From a bacterium (lineage in GTDB: Bacteria; Hinthialibacterota; Hinthialibacteria; Hinthialibacterales; Hinthialibacteraceae): a stretch of 64,000 nt of DNA. A program made the position numbers and the translations under genes. The stretch lies in the NCBI GenBank assembly GCA_963662285.2, contig CAXXMV010000008.1, positions 704,001 to 768,000 of the forward strand, read 5' to 3'. The notes beneath the pieces were generated by a model. The model saw only the letters and a list, made by a program, of their open reading frames with translations, had not been told where the DNA came from and did not search any database. Shown here one piece after another: positions 1-11,198 of this stretch; positions within the stretch are counted from its first letter, which is position 1, and each line of letters begins with the position of its first letter.

Positions 1-1488
1 AAAAGTGTAATACACCTGCAAGAGCACAAGGGAGAGCAGTTCCTTTTTGAACTGCAACTGAAGAATGGCGTTTTCTGGGATTGTTACTCTTCTTCCATTG
101 AAGGAAAAGATAATACTTATTATGGCCGGGGATGGTACTTTCTTGATATAACCGGGCGTAAGAGGTCGGAACAAGCCCTTGAGAGATACCGGGATCATCT
201 TGAGGATTTGATTATAGAACGCACTGCCGAAATTCAAGAAGTCAATCAAAAAATTAAAAAAGAAATGATGGAGCGGGAACAGGCGGAAGAATATCTCCGC
301 CAATCCCAGAAGATGGAAGCGATTGGACGACTGGCTGGGGGAGTGGCCCATGACTTCAACAATCTGATTATGGCCATCAAGGGATATGCTAAGTTTGCAA
401 TCGAAAGAGTGGGACAGGAACATCCCGTGCAAGAGGATCTCCAAGAGATACTTAATGCAGGCGAGCGGGGTTCCCAATTAACCCGGCAGCTTCTGGCGTT
501 TAGCCGGAGGCAAGTAGCGCATGTGGATAATCTAAATTTAAATCAGGTCATTGAGAACATGAAAAAAATGCTGCAACGCCTGATAGGAGAACATGTAGAA
601 CTCATGACGGTTCTAGACCCTTCGTTGGGAAATGTGAAAGCCGATACCGGACTCATGGAGCAAGTGCTTTTGAATTTGTCGATCAATGCACGGGATGCGA
701 TGCCGGAAGGCGGTCGGTTGACAATCGAAACTGCGAATATCGAAATAAACCGGGAGGATGTCAGTCATTTTCAGGGAGTAGTAAATCCTGGCCAGTATAT
801 CATCCTGCGAGTATGCGATTCAGGAACGGGAATGAATCCAGAGACCCTGTCACGGTTGTTTGAGCCTTTTTATACAACCAAGGAAATGGGATATGGGACG
901 GGGCTGGGTCTGGCGACGGTATATGGCATTATCCAACAAAACAACGGAGACATTCAAGTGCAAAGCCAACTGGATGAAGGATCAACCTTCACTATCTATC
1001 TGCCCAGATCCAGTGATCCAGATTTCATTCAGGAAGAACAACCCCAACGCGTCAGTCTGACTTCTGAAGGTGAAACAGTTCTACTTGTGGAGGATGATGC
1101 ATCCGTTCGTTCAGTAGTAAACAGAACATTACAATCCAAGGGCTATTCAGTTCTAGTTGCAGAAAATGGAGAAATGGGTCTCAAAATAAGCAATCAATAC
1201 GAAGATAAAATTCATGTCGTAATAAGCGATATAATCATGCCCCAAATGGGCGGCCCCGAAATGATTAAACAAATAATTATGGAAAGACCGGATATCAAGG
1301 TGCTTTTCATGTCGGGATATCCTGGAGATGTCATCACTAAAAAAGGCTCCTTGAGAATATCTACGAATTTTATACAGAAACCCGTCGATCCGGATAAACT
1401 CATTACTAAAGTGCAGGAGATTCTTTGCTCGACATCTTCTGAACCTTGCACTTCAACACTGGATACATTTACCAATGGGGAAGAATAA
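1..1488 (+). CDS. Hybrid sensor histidine kinase (PAS-HisKA-HATPase-REC), 5' truncated by window edge
   Basis: Frame is open from base 1 (…GWYFLDITGRKRSE, PAC-like end). H-box QSQKMEAIGRLAGGVAHDFNN, N-box NARDAM, G-boxes DSGTGM/GTGLGL, C-terminal receiver (LLVEDD…SDIIMP…FMSGY…KP). Confidence 0.93.
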   Translation, partial: KSVIHLQEHKGEQFLFELQLKNGVFWDCYSSSIEGKDNTYYGRGWYFLDITGRKRSEQALERYRDHLEDLIIERTAEIQEVNQKIKKEMMEREQAEEYLRQSQKMEAIGRLAGGVAHDFNNLIMAIKGYAKFAIERVGQEHPVQEDLQEILNAGERGSQLTRQLLAFSRRQVAHVDNLNLNQVIENMKKMLQRLIGEHVELMTVLDPSLGNVKADTGLMEQVLLNLSINARDAMPEGGRLTIETANIEINREDVSHFQGVVNPGQYIILRVCDSGTGMNPETLSRLFEPFYTTKEMGYGTGLGLATVYGIIQQNNGDIQVQSQLDEGSTFTIYLPRSSDPDFIQEEQPQRVSLTSEGETVLLVEDDASVRSVVNRTLQSKGYSVLVAENGEMGLKISNQYEDKIHVVISDIIMPQMGGPEMIKQIIMERPDIKVLFMSGYPGDVITKKGSLRISTNFIQKPVDPDKLITKVQEILCSTSSEPCTSTLDTFTNGEE

Positions 1489-1563
1489 AACTGTCAATAG
1501 AAAAACGTATTTGGAAAAATTGTCACTTGCGCCTCTATACAATAGGCAAGGATAGAAAAAATC

Positions 1564-2961
1564 ATGACGTATCATGTACTCATTGCAGACGATCAGGAAT
1601 TAATTCGAAAACTGGTGCAACGAACCTGTTTGGAATTGGGGTGGACTATCGATCAGGCAGCCAGCGGTTACGAAGCGCTGGAGATTATGAAAACCAGGCC
1701 GCATCAGGTGTTTATATTGGACGTCAAGATGCCAGGTCCCTCGGGTATTGAATTGGCGCGGGAAATTTTGAAACATGAAAACTCTCCGGCGATCTTGATT
1801 ATGACCGGATACGCGGAAGTAGGGGACGCTGTCCAGGCTATCAAGGAAGGGATTTATAACTATGTCCAGAAAGATAATATTGATCCGACGGATTTAAGAC
1901 GCATGCTGAGACAAGCAGCAGAGTATCATGACGCCTGCGTACGAAGCCAGGAAGCGGAGCGGGAACGGGAAAAAACAGTTGATAATATCGAGGCGGTCAA
2001 TAAACAATTCCGCTCGCTTCTCGAACTCAGCGGCGATTTGATCCTGCTTTTCGATGTACGCCTGAATCAGATAGTCGATTGTAATGCAGCGGCTTGTGAA
2101 CAAACAAAATACTCCCGCGAAGAATTACTGACCCTTTCCTTGTCCGATATTGACGTCGATCTAACCGATACGGGATGGATTGACATAGTTCAAGATGTAC
2201 GAATCCAAAATCCGTACATGATTGAACGGGTATTTCAGACGGCCCAAGGAGATTTGTTTCCGGTCGAATTATCATTCGCACACATCGCTCTAAAATCCGG
2301 GGAATATATTTCGATTGTTGGCCGTGATATCACGGAACGTAAATTGGCCGAAGAAGAGCGAAAAACTTTCAACCAGAAATTGCACAGTTCATTAATGCAA
2401 ACGATACAAACAGTATCGCTGGCTCTGGAAAAACGAGACCCCTATACCGCCGGCCATCAGCATCGGGTAACGCAAATAGCGTTAGCCATCGCGAATGAAA
2501 TGCACGCGCCAACTGAGGAACTCAACGGGATTCGTTTGGGAGGAATGGTTCACGACATCGGAAAAATCTACATCCCATCAGAAATTCTGACCCGTCCCGG
2601 AAAATTAACTGACATCGAATTCATGATGATTAAAACGCATGCCCAAGTCGGATATGACATATTGAAGGAAGTTGATTTTCCCTGGCCGATTGCGCAAATG
2701 GTATTGCAACATCACGAACGGTTGGATGGATCGGGATATCCACAAGGTTTACAGGGAAATGAAATTTTGCAGGAGGCGAAAATTCTAGCTGTAGCCGATG
2801 TGGTGGAAGCCATGGCATCCCACCGACCCTACCGGTCCGCCCTGGGAATGGAAAAAGCGCTTGAGGAAATCAAGAAGAATAAGGGAGTATTTTACGATCC
2901 AGAGGTGGTTGATATCTGTTGCCAAATAATGGAAAACAATGATTTCATTTTTCAGGCATGA
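1564..2961 (+). CDS. REC-PAS-HD-GYP c-di-GMP phosphodiesterase
   Basis: Receiver LIADD/LDVKMP; PAS (FPVELS…GRDITERK); HD-GYP motifs DPYTAGHQ, HDIGK, HHERLDGSGYP. Confidence 0.93.
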   Translation: MTYHVLIADDQELIRKLVQRTCLELGWTIDQAASGYEALEIMKTRPHQVFILDVKMPGPSGIELAREILKHENSPAILIMTGYAEVGDAVQAIKEGIYNYVQKDNIDPTDLRRMLRQAAEYHDACVRSQEAEREREKTVDNIEAVNKQFRSLLELSGDLILLFDVRLNQIVDCNAAACEQTKYSREELLTLSLSDIDVDLTDTGWIDIVQDVRIQNPYMIERVFQTAQGDLFPVELSFAHIALKSGEYISIVGRDITERKLAEEERKTFNQKLHSSLMQTIQTVSLALEKRDPYTAGHQHRVTQIALAIANEMHAPTEELNGIRLGGMVHDIGKIYIPSEILTRPGKLTDIEFMMIKTHAQVGYDILKEVDFPWPIAQMVLQHHERLDGSGYPQGLQGNEILQEAKILAVADVVEAMASHRPYRSALGMEKALEEIKKNKGVFYDPEVVDICCQIMENNDFIFQA

Positions 2962-3074
2962 AACATCTTGTTTTGTGAAGCATAGTGATTGTATTTATTG
3001 TTTGTAATAATTATATAGCAGTCGGCAGTATAAATAGAGCTGTTCAATATAGTCGATGATAAAGGAATTAGGAC

Positions 3075-6000
3075 ATGAAATCCATGAATGTTAATCATAT
3101 TGAAAAGATCACAATCCAGGTCGTGGAAGATAGCCCGACGCAGTCGGAGAGATTGAAATATTTATTGGAGGAGCATGGATTCCACGTCAGAATAGCATGC
3201 AGCTGCGAGGAAGGTTTAACCCAAATAAAACTGCAAAAACCAAACCTGATACTCTGCGATATTGTCATGCCTGGAATGGATGGTTATGAATTTTGCCACG
3301 CCATCAAAACGAATGACGAGTTGAAGGCGATTCCCGTGATCCTTCTGACAAGGTTGTCGGATCCGGTCGATATTATTCGCGGACTTGAAGTGATGTCGGA
3401 CGACTATGTAATAAAACCATACGATGATAGTTCTCTTCTTTCAAAGATTGAAAAATGGCTCTATACGTCTGCTTCCTTAGGAATCCAGGTAGAGGAAGAT
3501 TGTTGCAAAGTAAATCTTGGCGGTACTGACTATTCGATCCATTCATCCCGGCAGCAGATGTTGAACGTTCTTCTTTCCACATACGAAAACGCGATTAATA
3601 AGAATCGAGAATTGATAAAAACACAATCAGAACTATCGACTCTCAATCAAAAACTCGAAGGGACAATCCGAGAATTGCAGGTTTCCGAAGACCGGTTTGT
3701 AACTCTGGTTATGACCATCCCCGATATCGTGTACAAACTTGACGAAAAAGGGCGTTTTACCTTTATCAACAATGCTGTCTGTTCGCTGGGATACACGCCG
3801 GAAGAACTGATAGGAGTGCATTTTAGTACGATCGTCAAGCCAGAGGATGCCGATGGAGTGAGCCGTGTTTCTGTTTTGTCTCAACTCGAAGGGAGAGAAA
3901 CGGGTGATGATCGATCGCCGCAGTTATTTGATGAAAGAAGAACGGGCGATAGAAAAACGACGGATTTGGAAGTCCGTATCGTTTGCAAAAATCCAAAAGA
4001 AAAACGGCAAGAAATTTTTGAGCCTCTTAACCAGGATTATATCATTGCGAAAATCAGAAGTTCCGGATTATATGAATTGAATCCCGATACGAATAACAGG
4101 GTGGTGTTTGGTACGGTTGGAGTGATCCACAACATCACGGAACTCAAGCGGATCCAAAGAGAATTACAGCAATCGCATGACGAATTAGAAATACGGATTC
4201 AGAAACGGACTACCGATTTGGTGCGGGTCAACAAGACTTTGAAATCAGAGATATCTATACGCGAGCAAATAGAAGAACAACAAAATTTAATATCCCGCAT
4301 ACTGTCGATACTCAATCAGCCCTACCAAAGTACAAAAGCCATTGAACAAATACTTTTCTTGATTAAAGAGCACATGGGGATTGAAGCGGTTGGTATTCGT
4401 CTGCGTGAGGGAGAGGATTTCCCCTATTATGTGACCAGTGGTTTTTCGGAGAATTTCATAAAGGCGGAAAGATATCTTTGTTCCCATGATTCAGATGGAG
4501 AAATGATTCGTGATTCACAAGGTAATCCTTATCTCGAATGTATGTGCGGCAATATCCTCTGCGGACGAACCAATCCATCGTTGCCTTTCTTTACCAGGAA
4601 TGGCAGTTTCTGGACAAACGATACAACAGAATTGTTGGCTTCCACATCGGAGATAGAACGCCAAACGCGAACCCGAAATAAATGTAATTCCGAAGGATAT
4701 CAATCCGTCGCTCTAATCCCGTTACGGTCGGGCAAATTAATCATAGGGCTGCTGCAACTAAACGATCACAAACCCAACCGGTTTGATGGCAAAAGTATAG
4801 CATTTTTAGAGGAAGTAGGTTTCAGTATTGGAGTCGCACTATCGCGCAAGCAGAGGGAAGAGGTTATTCAAAAAAATGAAGCGCTTTATCGAACATTAAT
4901 CGACTCGCTTCCTCAATATATTTTTCTAAAAAATGATCAATATGAATTCGTATCTGTTAATAGTAGTTTTTGTGATTTACTCGGTATGAAGGCCGATGAC
5001 ATCCTGGGGAAAACAGATCATGACTTATTCTCCAAAACATTAGCGGATAAATACCGGGATGACGATCAAAGAGTTTTTGAAACGGGAGAAATGCAGGAGC
5101 TGATCGAAGAAAATATAGTTGGCGATAATAAAAAATGGGTTGAGGTCGTGAAGGTGCCTATCAAGAATGCTGACGGGCTGGTTACCGGTGTTTTAGGCAT
5201 CTTCTGGGATATCACCGAACGCAAAAATCTGGAAGAACAACTCCGGCAGTCCCAGAAGATGGAAGCGATCGGCCAGTTAGCGGGGGGCATCGCCCACGAT
5301 TTCAACAACCTGCTAATGGTCATCAAAGGAAACTGCTCGTTTGCATCTCAAGGATTGGATCCGGAGGATGCCCGTTTCAAGGATATTGAAGACATCAAGT
5401 TAGCTGCAGAACATGCAACCGCTCTCACAAGACAACTTCTGGCTTTCAGCCGCAGACAGGTGCTGCAACCTGTGGTTCTTTCTATCAACGATCTTCTAGT
5501 AAATATGGACAAAATGCTTCGTCGCCTTATCGGTGAAGATATCGTTCTTGAAACCATTTCAAATCCTTCATTAGGTTTCGTCAAAGCTGATCCCGGACAG
5601 ATTGAACAGATTGTTATGAATTTGGCAGTCAACGCTCGTGACGCCATGCCTAATGGAGGTAGGCTCACCTTCGAGACGGCGAATATAACTTTTGATAAAA
5701 ATTATATACACAACCACCAGGACGCGCTTCTTGGCTCCTATGTCATGTTGGCCGTGAGCGACACGGGGTGCGGCATGGATGAAAAAACCAAAGAACGCAT
5801 ATTTGAACCTTTCTACACCACCAAAGAGATGGGAAAAGGAACCGGTCTGGGGCTTGCCACTATATACGGAATTGTGAAACAGAGTGAAGGTTGTATCTAT
5901 GTGTATAGCGAGTTGGGAAAAGGAACAACTTTTAAGGTATATCTGCCTCGCATAGAAGAAGGCATAGAAATCCGAAAAGAATTTCGTTCCGAAGGTTCCT

Positions 6001-6377
6001 TAATTGGTACGGAAACGGTTCTCCTGGTAGAAGATGACAAGGGAGTACGCCAGTCAGTCACACGGATGCTGCAAAAATATAACTATACCCTTGTAATAGC
6101 GGCTAATGCTAAGGAAGCCATAGAGAATTATGAAAAATATGATGGAAAGATTGATTTTCTCTTGACTGATGTGGTGATGCCTGGCATTAGTGGAAGAGAA
6201 CTGGCCTCTCACCTGTTATCTTTGAATCCGATGCTGAAAGTCCTCTATATGTCAGGTTACACTGACAACGCCATTCTTCACTACGGTATTTTGGATCAAG
6301 GAATCCATCTCATACAGAAACCTTTCGACCACATAAGTTTGGCTCGAAAAATACGTCAGATATTGGATAAAAAGTAA
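3075..6377 (+). CDS. Hybrid histidine kinase (REC-PAS-GAF-PAS-HisKA-HATPase-REC)
   Basis: N-terminal VEDSPTQ receiver, PAS domains, Cys-rich GAF (ECMCG…RNKC), AHDFNN H-box, GKGTGLGL, C-terminal receiver. Confidence 0.93.
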   Translation: MKSMNVNHIEKITIQVVEDSPTQSERLKYLLEEHGFHVRIACSCEEGLTQIKLQKPNLILCDIVMPGMDGYEFCHAIKTNDELKAIPVILLTRLSDPVDIIRGLEVMSDDYVIKPYDDSSLLSKIEKWLYTSASLGIQVEEDCCKVNLGGTDYSIHSSRQQMLNVLLSTYENAINKNRELIKTQSELSTLNQKLEGTIRELQVSEDRFVTLVMTIPDIVYKLDEKGRFTFINNAVCSLGYTPEELIGVHFSTIVKPEDADGVSRVSVLSQLEGRETGDDRSPQLFDERRTGDRKTTDLEVRIVCKNPKEKRQEIFEPLNQDYIIAKIRSSGLYELNPDTNNRVVFGTVGVIHNITELKRIQRELQQSHDELEIRIQKRTTDLVRVNKTLKSEISIREQIEEQQNLISRILSILNQPYQSTKAIEQILFLIKEHMGIEAVGIRLREGEDFPYYVTSGFSENFIKAERYLCSHDSDGEMIRDSQGNPYLECMCGNILCGRTNPSLPFFTRNGSFWTNDTTELLASTSEIERQTRTRNKCNSEGYQSVALIPLRSGKLIIGLLQLNDHKPNRFDGKSIAFLEEVGFSIGVALSRKQREEVIQKNEALYRTLIDSLPQYIFLKNDQYEFVSVNSSFCDLLGMKADDILGKTDHDLFSKTLADKYRDDDQRVFETGEMQELIEENIVGDNKKWVEVVKVPIKNADGLVTGVLGIFWDITERKNLEEQLRQSQKMEAIGQLAGGIAHDFNNLLMVIKGNCSFASQGLDPEDARFKDIEDIKLAAEHATALTRQLLAFSRRQVLQPVVLSINDLLVNMDKMLRRLIGEDIVLETISNPSLGFVKADPGQIEQIVMNLAVNARDAMPNGGRLTFETANITFDKNYIHNHQDALLGSYVMLAVSDTGCGMDEKTKERIFEPFYTTKEMGKGTGLGLATIYGIVKQSEGCIYVYSELGKGTTFKVYLPRIEEGIEIRKEFRSEGSLIGTETVLLVEDDKGVRQSVTRMLQKYNYTLVIAANAKEAIENYEKYDGKIDFLLTDVVMPGISGRELASHLLSLNPMLKVLYMSGYTDNAILHYGILDQGIHLIQKPFDHISLARKIRQILDKK

Positions 6378-7475
6378 ATGATCTCTCGGACAGTACAGCG
6401 GGAAATTCGTTCTATTGCGGATATCGACTAATGAACGGCTGGCGTCTCCAAACATGGGATAACCGAGGTCGGGCGTGGCGATCCAGAAAATGTAGTCATA
6501 CATTTTCCTCACGCGATCCTTGTAGGCCGGGGATACGTCAATACCGGCGGATTTCATCCGCCCCATAATCTCCACGGCGTCACGTAAAACTCCGGAATGA
6601 TAGCCACCCGACCACTCCCGCTGCACGCCATCTTCCGTGGTTTGCTCGAGCAGGTTTTCTTCAACGCGCTGTAACGCCAACCTCATCCAACGCTTGCTAT
6701 CTTGGAATTCCGGGAATGTATAAGCAATGTTAATGAATCCACGCTGCTCGAATATGGCCTTGTTGTGCACCTGATTCATAGGAAGCAACTCGGTTTTGAC
6801 TTGGTGATCGTAGAGGCTGGCTAACATAATCCCGAGAAATTCCGGCGTGAATGACTTCGCATGGACAAACGAGAGGAAAACCTGACAAAGGTTGGTGGCC
6901 CGGATTCCGGTCTGGATATCCAACCAGGGGAATCCCCGCCAGTAGGTATACACAGGATGAGTTTGCCGATATTTTTCCAAAGGATGTTTTGTGATCCAAT
7001 CGGTCGTCAATTCAACAAAGGCTTGCGCGTATTTCTCATCCCGCGTACTTTCATAAGCGGAAGCGAGTGTCTTAGCCCAATAAAACCGGTAAATGGCGGC
7101 CACCCATTCAATATCCCCGCGCGGATCCCATTCCCAGTTCATATCTTTTCCATAATCCGCCGCATCATAAGGACCCCACTTAAATATATGGTCGACCATA
7201 TCGTTGGCTTCGGCAATTATCCTCGAATTGGGATTCGGGTTTTGTTGTTGGGGATTTTTTGTTCGATAATAGGTCAGTAATTCAGCAAGCGCTTCAGCAG
7301 GCCGATCTTGTTGGACAGCGCTTTTGACCGATTCCAATTCCTTCTTGTCCAAATCTAATTTACTAAAAAGTTCCTGCGGGGGTAATGAATGCAATTCTAA
7401 ATCTATTGAGGGTGCGCACCATCCAGCTAAAGGCAGTAAGAATATTATGTATGCGTACAATACAGACTTTCGCAT
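6252..7475 (-). pseudogene. Heparinase II/III-family protein, C-terminally truncated
   Basis: Signal peptide; DGVQREWSGGYH and TPDLGYPMFGD motifs. Homology-like sequence stops near 6400, after which the ORF runs 126 bp antisense into the kinase gene. Confidence 0.65.
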
Positions 7476-7511
7476 GATTCAACCTCCTAATACTCTTATT
7501 TTCTTGATTTA

Positions 7512-10070
7512 TCACCACACCACCAGAGTTTGATTGATTGAAGGCGCAGTAGACGGCCACAGAATCTTCTGCCCATCATCCAGTTCGGCCTCCAGGTAGT
7601 ATTCCACTGCGCCTTGAGATTGGGCAGGCAGATTGACTCGGTAAGCCTGTCGGCTGCGATGCGCGGCGATTACCTTCTTAAACGCTCCTTCGCCCAGTGA
7701 ACGCCAATACAGATTGACTCCTGCGCTCTTCCGACTGGAAAGCACGAAGGCCCTGATTTCATACGGCTCATTAGCGCTCATTTGAGAGCCTTTTGACGAC
7801 GCAAAAATGCGTGAAGCCCCACGATAATTTGTGTTGATTACCGTTTCGACTGGCAATGGTTCTCCAAGAATCTCTGCAATGACGGCGTCGTGAGAGGTTA
7901 CAATGCGGGCGCGGGAACCACTCTCGATGCTTGAGATCGTCCCCACTTCGCCTGGCGATTTCGAGCAATTCACGAAAGCCGCAATCGTGTCTTCATAGTT
8001 GCGTGCAATCTCTATCCTGAGTGGAAGGATATCTGTCCGTACAAAATTAGTTTTGTTATCGGTCTCTTGGATCGCCTTTATTTCGTTCATCTTCGATGTC
8101 AGGCGAGCCGCCATCACCCACGTTCGCACGCGCAGGTGAGTGGCGCGAATGAAATTGAGCCAATAATCAAATCGGTCCAGATTCCCGGAGCCTTTAATGC
8201 GGGAGCGCAATGATTCCAATTCGCGCAACGGCGCAAAAAACTCGGCTATACTTGCATCAGTAGTTTTCGCCCCACCTGAAATCAACGCATTGATGCGTGT
8301 ATGACCGCCGTCGAAATTTTGCAGGATTCTTCCAGCTTTCGCTCCTGCGTCGCCACCGAACAAATTACGCCCCCAATCCGCCCAATAATCATCCATGCCG
8401 GGCATCTTGCCATCGACGGAGGAAGAGAAGGCGTTGTCGCCACAATCCCATCCAGCCCTCGCCAGAGCCATGATATTCGGCGATATCGCCGCCGTTCGCC
8501 AATGAATCGCCAACATGCCTTCACAACCGTAGCGATACGCATCCGACGAGTTGACCAGCATACGCTCGACCCAGAGTTGTAGATCCCAACAGGTGCAACA
8601 ATGAGCGCCAGCCGTGCCGTCATCCTCCGCCCAACCGATGACCCATTTGGGACGCTCTTTGATGACACCATAATGTTTTTCCACCGGATCGCCTCCAATA
8701 CCGGTATTAAGAGACGATATCGGCCAACTTTTTGGAGCGCGGCGATCCATCCAAAGCGCGTCATCGCGAGTCCCTAGACGCCAACCGCTGATCGCAAAGT
8801 TGAAAGGAGCGCGAACCGATTCGATCGCCGTTTCAACCAGTTTCAGGTCGCGTTCGACGTTCTCTCTCGTTGTCATTTCCCAACCTTGACAGCCTGGCTC
8901 CATTCCCAGCCAGACCTCCGGCGTCCAAAACCAATAATAGTCAATCGGCATCTTCCGCATAATCCGAAGAAACGTTCCCTCATACAAGCGTTCAATCACC
9001 GAAGGATCGTCCGGTTTCATCCCTTTGGACTCCAAACGAGCGGCTAGTTCTTTGGGAACGCCGAGAGGAAGTTCGGTTCCGATCGCGGTCTTGATGCCAA
9101 GACGCCGGGCTTGAGTGAAAACGCGTTTCTGAAAATCGCCGTATCGGTTAAACATGGCAATGCCCGCTTCCCCGGTCTGGGGCCAATCCAGGCAGTCCAG
9201 CATATAGTCTGGAGCGTAGTCATCGTTTTCAAACAGCAAACCCGCGCCGGAAGCATACTGACTGGTCGGAAAAGGTTTTACGGCCCAGCCGCGTCGGGTA
9301 GTCACGACGCCGGCCTCATAACCGAATCGAACATTGCCCTGGCTATCCACATCTTCGGGCAATCCCGTCCAGACATTGGCCTCAGGTCCTGTGGAAGGGT
9401 TCCAACTCGGATAGGCGTGAAAGCCAATGAAGTTCATCCGTAATTTTGCCATTTGCGCCAAGACAGTCTGATAATCGTTTAGATTCCACCAGTCAGGCCC
9501 GACGGAAAAATCATGAAAAGGCTGAAGACCGCGTAATGCAAAACGAGGCTTACTGGTTTCGTTTAATTCAGACCAGTCGCCAGCCAACAACTCGTCAGGA
9601 ATAACATCTTCATCCAGGCCGAAGCGCACTCCCAGTTTCTCGGCGAACCGGTATGCGCCATACAAAACGCCCCTCTCATCTCCTCCCACGATCCACCAAA
9701 TGGTATCGCCTTTCGATGGACTGGTCTTCAATGTAAATTGCTGCGGCTCCAAGTCCCGCCCCATTTCGCCGCAAAAGGATAGATTCTTAACCGACACGGC
9801 GATACGGTCGCCGCGAGTAGCTCCTTTTTGCACTTGCATCAACTTGCCTGTGCGCAAATAGACATAGCGCCTCACTTCATTAGCCGCTAACGTTTCCATG
9901 GACGAAGCATCTTGCCTGATAGTTATGATCTCAGGTGGGCGCAGGGAGAAACGGTTGACTCGTGGAGCAGTGGCTTGCGTCAAATCCGCTAAGGATTTTA
10001 ACTGCACGATACCCATGCAGATCGTTATTAAAATAAAAACTTCCGATATTTTTTTCAAATGACTCATCAT
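7512..10070 (-). CDS. Secreted glycoside hydrolase-like protein (GH67/GH20-type N-terminal domain plus TIM-barrel-like region)
   Basis: Likely start MMSHLKK with RBS; signal peptide; GGDERGVLYGAY, PRFALRGLQPFHDF and QMAKLRMNFIG motifs. Confidence 0.7.
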   Translation of the reverse strand: MMSHLKKISEVFILITICMGIVQLKSLADLTQATAPRVNRFSLRPPEIITIRQDASSMETLAANEVRRYVYLRTGKLMQVQKGATRGDRIAVSVKNLSFCGEMGRDLEPQQFTLKTSPSKGDTIWWIVGGDERGVLYGAYRFAEKLGVRFGLDEDVIPDELLAGDWSELNETSKPRFALRGLQPFHDFSVGPDWWNLNDYQTVLAQMAKLRMNFIGFHAYPSWNPSTGPEANVWTGLPEDVDSQGNVRFGYEAGVVTTRRGWAVKPFPTSQYASGAGLLFENDDYAPDYMLDCLDWPQTGEAGIAMFNRYGDFQKRVFTQARRLGIKTAIGTELPLGVPKELAARLESKGMKPDDPSVIERLYEGTFLRIMRKMPIDYYWFWTPEVWLGMEPGCQGWEMTTRENVERDLKLVETAIESVRAPFNFAISGWRLGTRDDALWMDRRAPKSWPISSLNTGIGGDPVEKHYGVIKERPKWVIGWAEDDGTAGAHCCTCWDLQLWVERMLVNSSDAYRYGCEGMLAIHWRTAAISPNIMALARAGWDCGDNAFSSSVDGKMPGMDDYWADWGRNLFGGDAGAKAGRILQNFDGGHTRINALISGGAKTTDASIAEFFAPLRELESLRSRIKGSGNLDRFDYWLNFIRATHLRVRTWVMAARLTSKMNEIKAIQETDNKTNFVRTDILPLRIEIARNYEDTIAAFVNCSKSPGEVGTISSIESGSRARIVTSHDAVIAEILGEPLPVETVINTNYRGASRIFASSKGSQMSANEPYEIRAFVLSSRKSAGVNLYWRSLGEGAFKKVIAAHRSRQAYRVNLPAQSQGAVEYYLEAELDDGQKILWPSTAPSINQTLVVW

Positions 10071-10366
10071 ATTTCCTTCCTGCATTACGTTTTCATGACA
10101 TGCATTTTGCTGTTCTTTGCAAAAATTATATTGTAAGGAATTTACATACTTTATTTCCGTCAAAGAACGATCGGGGCGATTCTGCCAGCAATCCAAATCA
10201 CTACGCTGTTCGATACACTAGTCATCCGTCCATCTCTTATCCAGAGACGGATAGGAATCGAAATAAGGAACTTGCCAGAAATGGCCCCTGTCGTATAAAG
10301 AGCGCGACCTTGGCCCGTAGCAAAAGGTCTCTTTTCGGTAACGCTTCACTTTGCAGAACTTATACT

Positions 10367-10732
10367 CTATCTCAACAGCCGACTTGTTGGCCCGCATACA
10401 AGCGAAGCACTGCTTCCGCCAATGTTTGATATCAAGCAAACAAGCGCCACGCCACTCAATTCGGTGGGTGGCAGACATAGAATAATCAGATTCTCGCCAG
10501 TCTCCCCGTCATCTGTTGTCTGCAATGTTTCAAAAATCTCGATCGGCTCGATGACCTCTACATTATCCGATACGGGATACGAATCCTTGATCAAATCGAA
10601 AATGTATTTTCTCGATCCCTGTTTTGCGAATTCGGTCGAGGAGATTTCGATCATTTTTCCGATACAGAAAATATCATCCTCTTCGGAGAAGGGATAATGA
10701 ACCTATTCGATCCGTCTTCCCTCAATATTCAT
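10367..10732 (-). pseudogene. Probable degraded hypothetical gene
   Basis: ATG at 10732 is in frame with ORF 10367..10654 but interrupted by TAG at codon 10 (MNIEGRRIE*VHYPFSEEDD…). Confidence 0.3.
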
Positions 10733-10741
10733 ATTGTTTTC

Positions 10742-10966
10742 CTAGAACGAAATTGAATCGTCCCTCTGTTGGGGCCGTTCCGCATCCATAGGGATATAGG
10801 CGTCACACTCAAAAGTCTCCTCATCATCTTGGTCAAGCCGGTTCAAGTTGCACATGGGCTCTTGCGCAGAATCGTCTTTTAGTCGGCATATCACACTGAG
10901 CGAAGGCATTTTTATAAAATCTGGATTGATACAATCACCATCATCATCAAAATATTCAAGAGACAT
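10742..10966 (-). CDS. Small acidic Cys-containing hypothetical protein
   Basis: MSLEYFDDDGDCINPD…C…CNLNRLDQ…FECDAY, preceded by GGAGAAGG RBS. Confidence 0.55.
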   Translation of the reverse strand: MSLEYFDDDGDCINPDFIKMPSLSVICRLKDDSAQEPMCNLNRLDQDDEETFECDAYIPMDAERPQQRDDSISF

Positions 10967-11198
10967 AATTCCTTCTCCATACGTTTCAGAAAATCTACTA
11001 TTGGATTTAGAATAGACCAATCTGCTGATTTTGAAAATCTTTTCGGGAATTGTCGGCTACATGCTCAGTTAAATCCAGGGTCAGATCGAACGTTTCACAT
11101 ATTATAATGATTGCCGAATAGGTTTGTCAGATCACGAAAAGACTCATCTGCGCTTTTTATCTGCTGTTTTGTTTTTTTTACGAATCTTTTGTTCAGGT

